Assembly (NCBI GenBank): GCA_034421295.1
Contig: DAOUKM010000003.1
Location: 10,915-74,914 of the forward strand
DNA length: 64,000 nt
Reading direction: 5' to 3'
Origin: Dehalococcoidia bacterium
GTDB lineage: Bacteria; Chloroflexota; Dehalococcoidia; Lucifugimonadales; UBA2962
Numbering within the stretch: position 1 is the stretch's first letter; every line of letters begins with the position of its first letter. The notes below the pieces were generated by a model that was not told the origin of the DNA, made no database searches, and worked only from the letters and a program-made list of their open reading frames with translations. Shown here in pieces: positions 38,919-48,615 of the stretch. Position numbers and translations under genes: made by a program.

Positions 38919-40100
38919 CTATTCGCAGAGCACCACGATCACGCCGTCGGAGCTGACGTGGTAGTCGTACTCGGTTCCCTGGTAATCGAGCATCACCGTG
39001 TAGCCGGAGGTAACGACCTGCGCGTAGGCGGTGTCCTCGGCAGGACAACCCAGCGAGGTGTCGCCCCACTCCCCGGGCATCAGTCCGACCAGCTCCGGTT
39101 CCCCTGCGTCGATGTCGAGCCTGGCCGCAAGGTCGGCCCTTGCCGCCTCTGCGGCGGCCAGAGCCTCGGGACCCAGGTCGAGCCCTTCGCCGTTAAGCAC
39201 TCCGTTTACTTCGGCCGGCTCCACCTCGACGGGCGGGGCGCCGGGCGACTGGAGAAATGCGAACAGGTCGCTGTCCGCGGGCAGCACGACGGTGGCGTTC
39301 TGAGTCAGGAAATTGCGATATGCCTCAAGGCTGCGCTGGAACCTGTAGAACTCAGGGTCCCGCTCAAGTGCGCTCGCGAAGATGGTGACCGCCTCGGCCT
39401 CGCCCTCTCCTCTGAGGATGTTCGCGTCGCGCTCGGCCTCTGCGCGGATGATCGTGGCCTGCCTGTCGACGTTCGAGCGTATCTCAAGGTCCTGCTTTGC
39501 ACCCTCGGCTCTCTCCGCATCGGCGATCCGCTTTCGCTCTGCCTGCATACGGGCGTAGACGGCGGTTGCGATCTCGTTGGGGAAGTCTGCGCGCTTTATG
39601 CGGACATCGACGGTCTCGATGCCGAAGTCTTCGAGCTTGGGCTCGACGGCATCGCGGACCTGCTCCATGATCTGCTCGCGGTTGTTGCGAATGATCTCGA
39701 TCTGGTCGTCGCTGGCGATCTGCCGGCGCAGCTCGGAGGCGACGATGTCATTGCCGCGCGTAACGGCCCGCTGCGAGGTCTGCACGGTCTGCCTGAACAG
39801 GAGCGGATCGGTTATACGCCCGATGGCATACGCATCGATTACGAGGCGCTTCTTGTCGGCGGTGATCAGCGCGTCCGGGTTGGCGTCAAACAGCGTGCGG
39901 CGCTTTTCAAAGTACGTGACCGTGTCCACGAACGGTGTCTTCGTGTGGAGGCCGGGCTCGGTTATGGACTGCTTTACGTCACCGAACCGGGTGACGATGG
40001 CAACCTGGGTCTCGTCTACGGAGAAGAACGACTGCGGCCCCAGGATCCCGGTCAGGATCACCAGCACGACGAAGATTATTGCTGCCCTGTTCAGAGTCAT
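38919..40100 (-). CDS. hflC: Protease modulator HflC with about 105-aa C-terminal extension
   Basis: N-terminal TM, FSVDETQVAIVTRFG, PGLHTKTPF, LITADKKRLVID, VYARMQAER, DPEFYRFQRSLEAY. Confidence 0.95.
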   Translation of the reverse strand: MTLNRAAIIFVVLVILTGILGPQSFFSVDETQVAIVTRFGDVKQSITEPGLHTKTPFVDTVTYFEKRRTLFDANPDALITADKKRLVIDAYAIGRITDPLLFRQTVQTSQRAVTRGNDIVASELRRQIASDDQIEIIRNNREQIMEQVRDAVEPKLEDFGIETVDVRIKRADFPNEIATAVYARMQAERKRIADAERAEGAKQDLEIRSNVDRQATIIRAEAERDANILRGEGEAEAVTIFASALERDPEFYRFQRSLEAYRNFLTQNATVVLPADSDLFAFLQSPGAPPVEVEPAEVNGVLNGEGLDLGPEALAAAEAARADLAARLDIDAGEPELVGLMPGEWGDTSLGCPAEDTAYAQVVTSGYTVMLDYQGTEYDYHVSSDGVIVVLCE

Positions 40101-40103
40101 GGT

Positions 40104-41174
40104 CTAGGGCTCCAGGGGCCCCAGCTGGCCGGTTGAAGTTTCGGTTCCATCGCTGGTTAGCGGCAGGAACTGGAGCAGGCTGCCTCCGGATTCCTCGTCG
40201 ATGATGTACTTGGAGATGCCGGGCAGGATCTGCTCCATCGCCTCCAGGTAGAGCCGCTGCCTTGTGACGTCACGAGACTTTTCGTACTCGGCCAGCACCG
40301 CGAGGAATCGCTCGGATTGGCCGGTCGCGTCGGCTATCTTCTGCTGCTTGAACGCCTCGGCAAGCTCCAGCACGCGCTGGGCCTCTCCCAGGGCGCGCGG
40401 CAGCACATCCGCCTCGTAGGCCTGGGCAAGGTTGATTATGCGGTCCTTGTCCTCCCGGGCCCTTACGACGTCGTCGAACGCGTCCTGTACCTGAGAGGGC
40501 GGACGGACGTTCTGCAGCTTGACCTCGGTGACGTTTATGCCGGTCTCATACAGGTCGAGAAGTCGCTGAAGCTCAAGGGCGGTGTCCGCCTGAACGGCCT
40601 CCTTCTCGGTCGTGAGCACGTCGTCGATATTGCGCTGTCCGACCACCTGACGCAGGGCCGATTCGGCCGCGCCCTTTATGACGGCGCCCCCGGGATCGAC
40701 GACCTGGAACAGGAAGTCCTCAAGGTCCTTGATGTTGTACTGCACAAGGAGCTGGACATCGACGATGTTGGTGTCGCCGCTGATCATCAGCGACTCGACA
40801 GGTATGGGCGTGTTGCCCCTGAAACCGAGCTCCAGGCGCCGGATCTCGTCGACCTGCACGACGCTGCGGGTACCGATGGGAGCGGGGAAATACCAGTGCA
40901 GCCCCGGCTCTGTACCGCCCACGAATGCGCTCGGGTCCCCCGTCTGGTAGATGCCGAACCTGCGCAGGGCCGCCTGCTCACCTGGCTGAACGGAGTAAAA
41001 GCCCGTCGAGAGCCAGATGATTAACGCCAGGGTGAAGACCGCGAACACGAACAGACCAAGGCCGCGATCGCGTATCCCGCGACCGCCGCCGCCGCGGTTC
41101 CCGAAGACCGACCGCAGTCTCTCGGTCACCTGGTCGAAGTTGATCTCGGGCTCGTCTTGTCGGTTGGGGTTCAT
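40104..41174 (-). CDS. hflK: Protease modulator HflK
   Basis: TM, GFYSVQPGEQ, PGLHWYFP.PI, MISGDTNIVDV, VRPPSQVQDAFDDV, TRQRLYLEAME. Confidence 0.96.
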   Translation of the reverse strand: MNPNRQDEPEINFDQVTERLRSVFGNRGGGGRGIRDRGLGLFVFAVFTLALIIWLSTGFYSVQPGEQAALRRFGIYQTGDPSAFVGGTEPGLHWYFPAPIGTRSVVQVDEIRRLELGFRGNTPIPVESLMISGDTNIVDVQLLVQYNIKDLEDFLFQVVDPGGAVIKGAAESALRQVVGQRNIDDVLTTEKEAVQADTALELQRLLDLYETGINVTEVKLQNVRPPSQVQDAFDDVVRAREDKDRIINLAQAYEADVLPRALGEAQRVLELAEAFKQQKIADATGQSERFLAVLAEYEKSRDVTRQRLYLEAMEQILPGISKYIIDEESGGSLLQFLPLTSDGTETSTGQLGPLEP

Positions 41175-41307
41175 TCCTTAAGGACCGGTGGCCTCCAACG
41201 CCGCACGCCGTACTCTACCGGCTCGCCGTCGGGCCGCCGAATCGGCCGAAAGCCGCGACAACCGATGTTATCACAGGGCCCACCCGTCCGGCGGGTTCGG
41301 CATGGCA

Positions 41308-42675
41308 TCAGCGGGCCGCCGCCCGCAGCCTGTCAAGGTCGGCGAGGAAATCCTCGTAGCTGCCGAACGAGGATATCCCGGTAACAAAGGACCCCAGGCC
41401 CGGGGAGAGATTCCTGTACTCCTGAACCTGGTCTCCGATCGGGCTCACCGACGCGGCGCTGTCGGCGTACGTGCCGTGGAAGGCGAAGTAGGCCTGGTTG
41501 AGCTTGCGTATGTTGTAGCCGTTGTCGACGAACTGGAGCCTGCGCCTGTCCATGTACGCCTCCGCCGCCCCGACCCTGCCCTCGGCGAGCAGTTCGTCGA
41601 CGTGCAGCCGCGTAGCCTGCATCTCCGCCCTGAAGTCGAAGCCGCCGCCCGCCGCGTCCGCCAGGTGAGGGCTTGAATCCGCCGGGTCCGGAGGTGCGGA
41701 ATGCTCCGGCTCGGGGATCTGGCCCCCGAGCTTTACGAATGCGAGGTCACCTATCTCCCTGCCCGCGATGTTTGCGACCGTCTCGTTGATTGTGAGCATC
41801 TGATGCGATGTCATGATTCCGAATCCCAGGGGCCTGAAAAACAGGTGGTGGTGAAGCCACTCGTGAGCTGCCACCTGCAGCGTCCACCTGAGATCCCCGC
41901 CGCCGAACACGGAGGCCGGGTAGCTGGCCAGACCTCCTATCCGTATAACGAGCGCCGACAGATTCCGTTGGTTCAGCAGTTCGCGCTCTATGGCCAGGCT
42001 GTCGGAGATCGTTATCCCGGGCTTCAGGAGAGCCTCGTCTCCCCGCTCGATGCGATCCCTGGGAGAGGTCACGAGCACGTGCGGCGTCTCGGTGAGGTGA
42101 AAGTCGACCGGCGGGAAGATCAGCCCGCCGACCGATGACAGCCCCGCCTCGATCAGGACCGAGCTTATGGCGGCCTCCAGCGCCTCCTCGACGTCGGCCC
42201 GTATCCGGTGCCGGCTGCGGTCCAGCGCCGACAGCTGGGCTTCTAGGTCGGTGATTTCTGACGCTGTCGCCCCCCTGGGCACCGCGCTCTCCAGGCGCCC
42301 CGCTATCTCGCCGCGTGCCGCAGACAGGGCGAAGTAGTCGCCGATCATCTCGTCGCGCTCTGCGGGAGAGATCGAGTTCCACGGCAGCACCGAGGAAACG
42401 CGGTGAAGCCACTTGTCGAGGAAGTTCGCCGTCTCCCACTGCACCAGGCTGTACAGGTGTGGAGATGCCGCCCGCTGGGCCGGATTCAGGTTGAGTCCGT
42501 CGGAAGTGAAGATGAGACCGGCCACGAGCATCAGAGCGAGGGCCGTCCTCGCCCCTGCGAAAAGGACCCTCGCCCCCAGCGGGGTGCCTCGGCCGAACGC
42601 TTCGGGGGGCAGGGGAAGGCCGGACGGGACCGCGGTCCGGCCGGTGCTAGAATCGGGCTGGCGCTGCGTGTCCAT
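41308..42675 (-). CDS. Membrane-anchored hypothetical protein with zincin-like HExxH motif
   Basis: N-terminal hydrophobic segment; AAHEWLHH followed about 20 aa later by TINETVAN. Confidence 0.65.
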   Translation of the reverse strand: MDTQRQPDSSTGRTAVPSGLPLPPEAFGRGTPLGARVLFAGARTALALMLVAGLIFTSDGLNLNPAQRAASPHLYSLVQWETANFLDKWLHRVSSVLPWNSISPAERDEMIGDYFALSAARGEIAGRLESAVPRGATASEITDLEAQLSALDRSRHRIRADVEEALEAAISSVLIEAGLSSVGGLIFPPVDFHLTETPHVLVTSPRDRIERGDEALLKPGITISDSLAIERELLNQRNLSALVIRIGGLASYPASVFGGGDLRWTLQVAAHEWLHHHLFFRPLGFGIMTSHQMLTINETVANIAGREIGDLAFVKLGGQIPEPEHSAPPDPADSSPHLADAAGGGFDFRAEMQATRLHVDELLAEGRVGAAEAYMDRRRLQFVDNGYNIRKLNQAYFAFHGTYADSAASVSPIGDQVQEYRNLSPGLGSFVTGISSFGSYEDFLADLDRLRAAAR

Positions 42676-42754
42676 GACCTCTTAATTTATACGCTAGACC
42701 GCGCTGACAGGTTCCTGCAGTGCTGGGGCGGCCGGCGGTAAGGAGTGTGTAAAG

Positions 42755-43801
42755 GTGGCTCTATCTATCTGCTTTGTGGGATGCGGCGATTACGCCAAGG
42801 ACGTGCTGGACCAGCTCGGTGCCGGCAGCCCCGGGGGGCTCGTCGTCGACGACATCGAGCTGCATTTCGCCAGCCGGAGCGAGGAGAAGGCCCTGCAGTT
42901 CAGGGAGCGCTACGGCGGCGCAGGGCACTTCGGCGACTACGAGGCCGCCGCAGCCGACCCGGCGGTGGACGCCATGTATTTCCTGACCCCGCATCACCTG
43001 CACCTTGAGGGCGCGCGCCTTGCGGCAGGGCACGGAAAGCACGTGCTGATGGAAAAGCCCATCGGCCGGCACCCCGAGGAGGCCAGGGAGCTGATCGACG
43101 TCGTCCGCCGGGCCGGACTGAAGCTGATGGTGGCCGAGAACTTCAGGTTCGTCCCCACGGTCCTTAAGGCCAAGGAGCTGATCGGGAGCGGCGCGATAGG
43201 GGACGTTCGCCTCGTCCAGGTCCAGCGGGAGCTGAACATCTTCACCGGGGAGTTCTTCGGCTCTGCGGAGACGTTTGCCGAGGATCAGTGGCGCAACGAT
43301 CCGGAAAAGTCGGGAGGGGGCCTGTTCCAGGACGCCGGAATCCACGACATCGACGCGATGGTCAATCTCGGCGGGCTACCCGAGCGCGTCTACGCCGTCG
43401 TTCCGGCCGCGGACTCAGAGCGCGCCAAGCGCCATCAGGAGGACGGGATGGTTCTGACGGCAACGATGCCTGGCGGCGCCCTCGGCCTGATTCAGTTCTC
43501 GTTCGCGACGCCCATAACCGGCTACCGTGACAACGTCTGGGTCACCGGCTCTGCCGGCATGCTCAGCTTTCCGACCTTCGGCGACCAGCTCGTGCTGGAC
43601 ACGCCCCAGGGCACCCAGAAGATCGATACCGGCGAGCACCACAAGGGAATGGTGGGGATCTTCGAGGAGTTCCGCGACGCCGTCGCCGGCGACCGCGAGC
43701 CCCTTATGAGCGGCGAGGAGGCGCTTCGTGACCTCAATGTCGTGATGGCCGCCTACGAGTCGGTCAGAACCGGCCTCCCGGCGACCGTGGCACGGGACTG
43801 A
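42755..43801 (+). CDS. Gfo/Idh/MocA family oxidoreductase
   Basis: CFVGCG, HVLMEKP, MVAENFRF, SGGGLFQDAGIHDID. Confidence 0.94.
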   Translation: MALSICFVGCGDYAKDVLDQLGAGSPGGLVVDDIELHFASRSEEKALQFRERYGGAGHFGDYEAAAADPAVDAMYFLTPHHLHLEGARLAAGHGKHVLMEKPIGRHPEEARELIDVVRRAGLKLMVAENFRFVPTVLKAKELIGSGAIGDVRLVQVQRELNIFTGEFFGSAETFAEDQWRNDPEKSGGGLFQDAGIHDIDAMVNLGGLPERVYAVVPAADSERAKRHQEDGMVLTATMPGGALGLIQFSFATPITGYRDNVWVTGSAGMLSFPTFGDQLVLDTPQGTQKIDTGEHHKGMVGIFEEFRDAVAGDREPLMSGEEALRDLNVVMAAYESVRTGLPATVARD

Positions 43802-43826
43802 GGCCGCGCCCTTGCGCCGGCCTGAG

Positions 43827-44531
43827 CTAGCGGCGCCGGTAGAGCGCCAGGAAACGGTCCTGGTAGTGCTCGAACAGTCCCCAGCGGTCGAGCTCAGCCT
43901 TTAGCCGGTCCCTGTCGCCGCCGCGCTCGGCCGCGCGAAACAGGCGCTCGATGTCGTTTATCGCCGCCCGTGGTGCGCCTCCGAATGCGGTCTGAGGATC
44001 GAGCAGGCCGCGGGCGGACATCTCGCCGAAGTTTCGCTGCGCCGAGCTTGAGGTGAACTCGTAGATGAACTTGAGCAGCGCCACGTCCCACCACTCGTCG
44101 ACCCCGACCATGACGACCGAAAGGTTGTCCTTTCGCTGCTCCAGGTCGTCGGAGATGTTGTGTGCGATCTCTGCGGCCTCTCCGCTCACGATGTCGAAGT
44201 TCTCGGCGTTGTTCTTGTAGCGGTACAGGATGCCCGGATGGTTGGGACCGTAAGCCATCGCCGCGTGCCTGATGTACTCGTAGGCCTCCGTGCTGAAACC
44301 CTCCAGGTTCATCGCGTAGGTGGGCGTTACGATCGCCGGCTTTTCGGCGATGACGCGGCCCTTCCTGACCACCCCTTCGGCGGCGGCCGGGGTGAGCTCA
44401 CTGTAGATCGGCTCGGTCACCACATAGTAGGCGATGTTGGTGGTGCCGAACGTGGCGAGCGTCTGCTTCGGGTACCTGACTACCCAGGTCTGCTCAACAG
44501 CCCGCATCCAGTCTCGTTGAATCTCGGTCAC
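43827..44531 (-). CDS. Conserved hypothetical protein, probably leaderless
   Basis: GTG 44531 lies 6 nt after TATAAT on the minus strand; protein-like composition (LATFGTTNIAYYVVTEP...WDVALLKFIYE); host codon bias. Confidence 0.75.
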   Translation of the reverse strand: MTEIQRDWMRAVEQTWVVRYPKQTLATFGTTNIAYYVVTEPIYSELTPAAAEGVVRKGRVIAEKPAIVTPTYAMNLEGFSTEAYEYIRHAAMAYGPNHPGILYRYKNNAENFDIVSGEAAEIAHNISDDLEQRKDNLSVVMVGVDEWWDVALLKFIYEFTSSSAQRNFGEMSARGLLDPQTAFGGAPRAAINDIERLFRAAERGGDRDRLKAELDRWGLFEHYQDRFLALYRRR

Positions 44532-44569
44532 TCTCCAATTATATCTCCCGCCGCCGCCCGCTTCGCTCA

Positions 44570-44587
44570 TATAATGCACAAACGTTC
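44570..44587 (+). promoter_or_regulatory. -10 box with adjacent LexA-like operator
   Basis: TATAAT (44570-75) immediately followed by GCAC-AAAC-GTTC (1 mismatch to GAAC-N4-GTTC), 5 nt before the DUF503 ATG. Confidence 0.5.
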
Positions 44588-44592
44588 TATTT

Positions 44593-44886
44593 ATGTACGT
44601 AGCCGTCGCCAGCGTAACCATCCACATACCTGAGAGCCGAAGCCTAAAGTCCAAACGGCGCGTCGTCCGGTCGCTTGTCGAACGGGTAAGGACGCGCTTC
44701 GGCGTGTCCGTCGCCGAGGTCGGCGGGCAGGGGACATGGCAGAGCGCGACGGTGGGCTTTTGTTGTGTGAGCGGGTCGGCGGCGCATGCCGAGGAGGTCG
44801 CCCGCAGGGTGATGGCATTCGTCGATTCGTCCTCGGCCGAGTACGAGGTGATCGACCGGGGGCTAGAGAACCTGTCGGTGCTCTAG
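44593..44886 (+). CDS. DUF503 family protein
   Basis: IHIPESRSLKSKRRVVRSL, RFGVSVAEV..Q.TWQ.A.VG. Confidence 0.92.
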   Translation: MYVAVASVTIHIPESRSLKSKRRVVRSLVERVRTRFGVSVAEVGGQGTWQSATVGFCCVSGSAAHAEEVARRVMAFVDSSSAEYEVIDRGLENLSVL

Positions 44887-44893
44887 GCCGCCC

Positions 44894-47179
44894 TTGGACA
44901 CCGAAGCCTTCCTCGGCCACGTCCGGTCCCAGCGGTGGTACAGGGACCAGATCGCCCACGTTGAGAACATCCCACCCAGTGGTTCCACTCCGGGAACACT
45001 GGCCCGCCCCCTCCGTCCCGAGCTCAAGGACCGCCTCTGCGATCTGGGGGTCAGGGGGCTCTACTCCCACCAGGCCGAGGCTGTGAACGCCGCACGGGAC
45101 GGCCGCAGCGTTATCGTCGCCACGCCGGCGGCCAGCGGCAAGAGCCTGTGCTACCACCTGCCGGTGCTCGAGGCCTTGATGGACGACCGCGCCGCCACCG
45201 CCATCTACCTTTTCCCCACCAAGGCGCTCGCGCAGGACCAGATGGCCAGCCTTGACCGGCTCGTGCCTGACGCCTTTCGGATCGGGCGGGGTATCTTCGA
45301 TGGCGACACCCCCTACGATTCCCGCGGCCAGATCCGAAGGAGCGCCCGTCTGCTGGTCACCAACCCGGACATGCTGCACATGGGCATCCTGCCCAACCAC
45401 CGCTCCTGGTACCGGATCATACGCAACCTGCGGTACGTGATCGTCGACGAGGCGCACGTTTACCGCGGGGTGTTCGGCTCACACGTGGCCAACGTCCTTC
45501 GCCGCCTTCGCCGCCTGTGCCTGCGTTTCGGCTCGGCGCCCGCGTTCATCCTGTGCTCTGCCACCATCGCTAATCCCGGCGAGCACGCCCGGCGCCTTAC
45601 CGGCGTGCCCGCTGCGGCGGTCGAGGTTAGCGGCGCGCCCTTCGGCGGCAAGGACTTCGTCCTGTGGAACCCTCCGCGGGTGGACATGGCGAACGGGTCG
45701 AGCCGCCGGACGACCAACACCGACGCCTCGGTCCTGATGACCGAGCTTCTCAAACGCAGGGTAAGGACCCTGACATTCGTCCGGAGCCGCCGCATGGCAG
45801 AGCTCCTCTACGTCTACGTGCGCGACCAGCTAAAGGAGGTGGCGCCCGAGCTCGCGGGCAGGCTCGCTCCCTACCGGGCGAGCTACCTGCCGGAGGACAG
45901 GAGGGCCGTGGAGAGAGACCTTCTGTCCGGCCGGCTGCTCGGCCTGACCTCCACCACCGCGATGGAGCTCGGCGTGGACGTGGGGGACCTTGAGGCGACG
46001 ATCCTCACCGGTTACCCGGGCAGCCGCGCATCCACCTGGCAGCAGGCCGGCCGCAGCGGGCGGCGGGACCGACGCGCCCTCAGCGTGCTTACCGCCCAGG
46101 ACGACCCGCTCGATCAGTACCTGATGCGAAGGCCGGATGCCCTGTTCGGGCGGCCGACGGAGACCGTGCGTATATCCCCCAACAACCCGCACGTGCTCGG
46201 GCCCCACCTGCTGTGCGCTGCATACGAGGCCCCGCTTGAGCCGGGGGACGCCGAGGTATTCGAGACGGACATCGCCAGCCAGGCGGGCGGTCTGGTCGAA
46301 GAGGGATTCCTGCACCGGACGGGAGGTAGGTGGCATCTTGAGCCCGATGTCAGCTATCCGGCCGAGTCGGTAAACATCCGCTCGACCTCCGCGCACTCCT
46401 TCATACTGGTGGACCGCGACAGCGGGGCGATACTGGAGACCGTCGAGGAGGCCTCGGCCATGCTCCAGCTACACCCCGGGGCGGTCTACCTGCACAAGGG
46501 CGAGACCTACGTTGTAACCGACCTTGACCTTGAGACCAGGACGGCCGAAGCCGTGCAGAGCGAGGTCGAGTACTACACCCAGCCTGCCTCCAATACCGAG
46601 ACCCGGATCCTGAGTGAGATGCGGCGAAAAAAGTGCGGCCGAACGGACGTGTGCCTCGGCGAGGTGGAGGTCACGACCACCGTGAGCGGCTTTCGCAGGA
46701 TCGCGACGCTCAGCGGGGAGACGCTAGGCGAGGAGTACGTAGAGCTTCCGCCCCGGAGGTTCGCCACCGCCGGGCTGTGGTTCGGGGTGCCCGCGGACAC
46801 CCTTGCGGCCGCCCTTGACGATAGGCTCGACCTGGCGGGCGCGCTTCACGCCATCGAGCACGCGGCCATCGGGATCCTGCCACTGTTCGCGATGTGCGAC
46901 CGCGGCGATATAGGCGGCATCTCAACGCCGCTTCACCCCGACACGGGAAGGCCCCAGGTCTTCATCCATGACGGGGTTCCCGGCGGGGTGGGCATAGCGG
47001 AGCACGGCTACGAGGTGATCGCCGACCTGTGGCGCGTGACCGCAGAGGCGATCTCCGGGTGCAGGTGCGAGTCGGGCTGCCCGGGCTGCATCCATTCCCC
47101 GAAGTGCGGATCGAACAACCGCCCCCTGGACAAGGCGGCCGCGTCAGTCCTGCTCGCGGGAATAACTCGTCCGGAGTAG
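44894..47179 (+). CDS. DEAD/DEAH helicase with DUF1998 Zn domain (MrfA/YprA/Hrq1 family)
   Basis: LYSHQAEA, TPAASGKS, TNPDMLH, VDEAHVYRGVFGS, QQAGRSGRR; C-terminal CRCESGCPGC. Confidence 0.95.
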   Translation: MDTEAFLGHVRSQRWYRDQIAHVENIPPSGSTPGTLARPLRPELKDRLCDLGVRGLYSHQAEAVNAARDGRSVIVATPAASGKSLCYHLPVLEALMDDRAATAIYLFPTKALAQDQMASLDRLVPDAFRIGRGIFDGDTPYDSRGQIRRSARLLVTNPDMLHMGILPNHRSWYRIIRNLRYVIVDEAHVYRGVFGSHVANVLRRLRRLCLRFGSAPAFILCSATIANPGEHARRLTGVPAAAVEVSGAPFGGKDFVLWNPPRVDMANGSSRRTTNTDASVLMTELLKRRVRTLTFVRSRRMAELLYVYVRDQLKEVAPELAGRLAPYRASYLPEDRRAVERDLLSGRLLGLTSTTAMELGVDVGDLEATILTGYPGSRASTWQQAGRSGRRDRRALSVLTAQDDPLDQYLMRRPDALFGRPTETVRISPNNPHVLGPHLLCAAYEAPLEPGDAEVFETDIASQAGGLVEEGFLHRTGGRWHLEPDVSYPAESVNIRSTSAHSFILVDRDSGAILETVEEASAMLQLHPGAVYLHKGETYVVTDLDLETRTAEAVQSEVEYYTQPASNTETRILSEMRRKKCGRTDVCLGEVEVTTTVSGFRRIATLSGETLGEEYVELPPRRFATAGLWFGVPADTLAAALDDRLDLAGALHAIEHAAIGILPLFAMCDRGDIGGISTPLHPDTGRPQVFIHDGVPGGVGIAEHGYEVIADLWRVTAEAISGCRCESGCPGCIHSPKCGSNNRPLDKAAASVLLAGITRPE

Positions 47180-47238
47180 GGCTCGTTCCCGTACCGGTGG
47201 CGGCGGCGTGCCCCTGTGCTATCCTTCCCAGACCGGTC

Positions 47239-47315
47239 CGGGGTGTGGCGCAGCTTGGTAGCGCACCTGCATGGGGTGCAGGTGGTCGCCGGTTCAAATC
47301 CGGCCACCCCGACCA
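47239..47315 (+). tRNA. tRNA-Pro (GGG), CCA encoded
   Basis: Acceptor CGGGGTG/CACCCCG, D-arm GCGC/GCGC, anticodon arm CCTGC-ATGGGGT-GCAGG, T-loop GGTTCAAATCC, ends ACCA. Confidence 0.98.
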
Positions 47316-47380
47316 CACGTGCATCCCTACCTCCGGGCGCGATTCGGCCCTGGGACGCCCATGGCCGTCTGGAGGTCACC

Positions 47381-48412
47381 GTGACAGCGGACATGCACAG
47401 GCCCCTATCGTTCGTACAGGCCGTTAACGAGGCCATCCGCACGATGATGCGCGAGGACCCGGGCGTGATCGTGATGGGCGAGGACATCGCCGGCGCGGCG
47501 GGCAGGGCCGACCAGGGTTTCATCGATCACTTCGGCGGCTCGTTCGGGATGACCAAGCGCCTCATCCAGGAGTTCGGCCCCGAGCGCGTTAGGGATACCC
47601 CCATATCCGAGGCGGGCTTCGTCGGCGCCGGAGTGGGCGCGGCCGCAGCCGGCCTCAGGCCCCTGATCGACATCAAGGTCGTGGGCTTTTTCGGCGTGTG
47701 CGCCGATCAGCTTCTGAACAACATGGCGAAGATGCACTACATGTTCGGGGGCAAGGTGAGGCTCCCGGTCACCGTGCAGACCCAGACGGGGGCCGGGCAG
47801 GGGTGGGCCGCCCAGCACTCGGAGACCCTGTGGTCGGTGTTCACGCACTTCCCGGGCCTGAAGTGCGTGGTGCCGTCCGATCCCTACACGGCCAAGGGCA
47901 TCCAGCTGGCGGCCATGCGCGACGACGACCCGGTGATCATATTCCAGTGCATGCGGCTGATGGGACTGACTTTCGACCAGCATGTTCCCGAAGAGCCATA
48001 CGAGGTGCCGATAGGGAGGGCTCGCGTGGTCCGGGAGGGCACCGATGTGACGCTCGTGGGCATCGGCTTTTCCACCCAGATCTCCCTGATGGCCGCAGCA
48101 GAGCTGGAAGGGCTGGGTCACTCGGCCGAGGTGGTCGACCTGCTGTCGCTGTCGCCCCTGGACGAGGAGACGGTGCTGGCGTCCATCGCAAAGACGCGCA
48201 GGGTCGTCGTAACCGACGAGGACTACCCGCGCTGCTCTGTGGCCTCGGACATAGCGGCGCTCGCGATCGAGAGGGCCTTCGATTTCCTTGACGCCCCGCC
48301 CGGGAGAGTTAGCCCGCCGCATGCCTCGGTGCCCTACAGTCCGGCGCTCGAAGAGCGCTACGTGCCGCGCACGGACGACGTCGTGAGGGCGGCCCTGGAG
48401 GTGCTGGGCTAG
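47381..48412 (+). CDS. 2-oxoacid/acetoin dehydrogenase E1 beta subunit-like
   Basis: GTG 47381 after GGAGGT; VIVMGEDI, RVRDTPISEAGFVG, AAQHS, EVVDLLSLSPLD. Confidence 0.92.
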   Translation: MTADMHRPLSFVQAVNEAIRTMMREDPGVIVMGEDIAGAAGRADQGFIDHFGGSFGMTKRLIQEFGPERVRDTPISEAGFVGAGVGAAAAGLRPLIDIKVVGFFGVCADQLLNNMAKMHYMFGGKVRLPVTVQTQTGAGQGWAAQHSETLWSVFTHFPGLKCVVPSDPYTAKGIQLAAMRDDDPVIIFQCMRLMGLTFDQHVPEEPYEVPIGRARVVREGTDVTLVGIGFSTQISLMAAAELEGLGHSAEVVDLLSLSPLDEETVLASIAKTRRVVVTDEDYPRCSVASDIAALAIERAFDFLDAPPGRVSPPHASVPYSPALEERYVPRTDDVVRAALEVLG

Positions 48413-48615
48413 CCGGCGTGCTGCAGGGCTCGGCTCCGGGCTGTAACCTTCCGGCCCCTTGCCTCGTTTCACTGGTCGGGGTCAGTTCGCAGCCGGATGC
48501 ACGGGATAACTGCAGTACATCGGCGCACTGTCCGGCCGTCGACTGTGGATAAACTGGTGGGACCGGTCCTGCGGCCCCGGCGACACGAGCCTGAATAGCG
48601 GAGGGGAACTGAAAG

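Noticed and set aside
47239-47315. tRNA-Pro as an integration site
   Set aside because: No duplicate of its 3' end and no integrase seen in the window.
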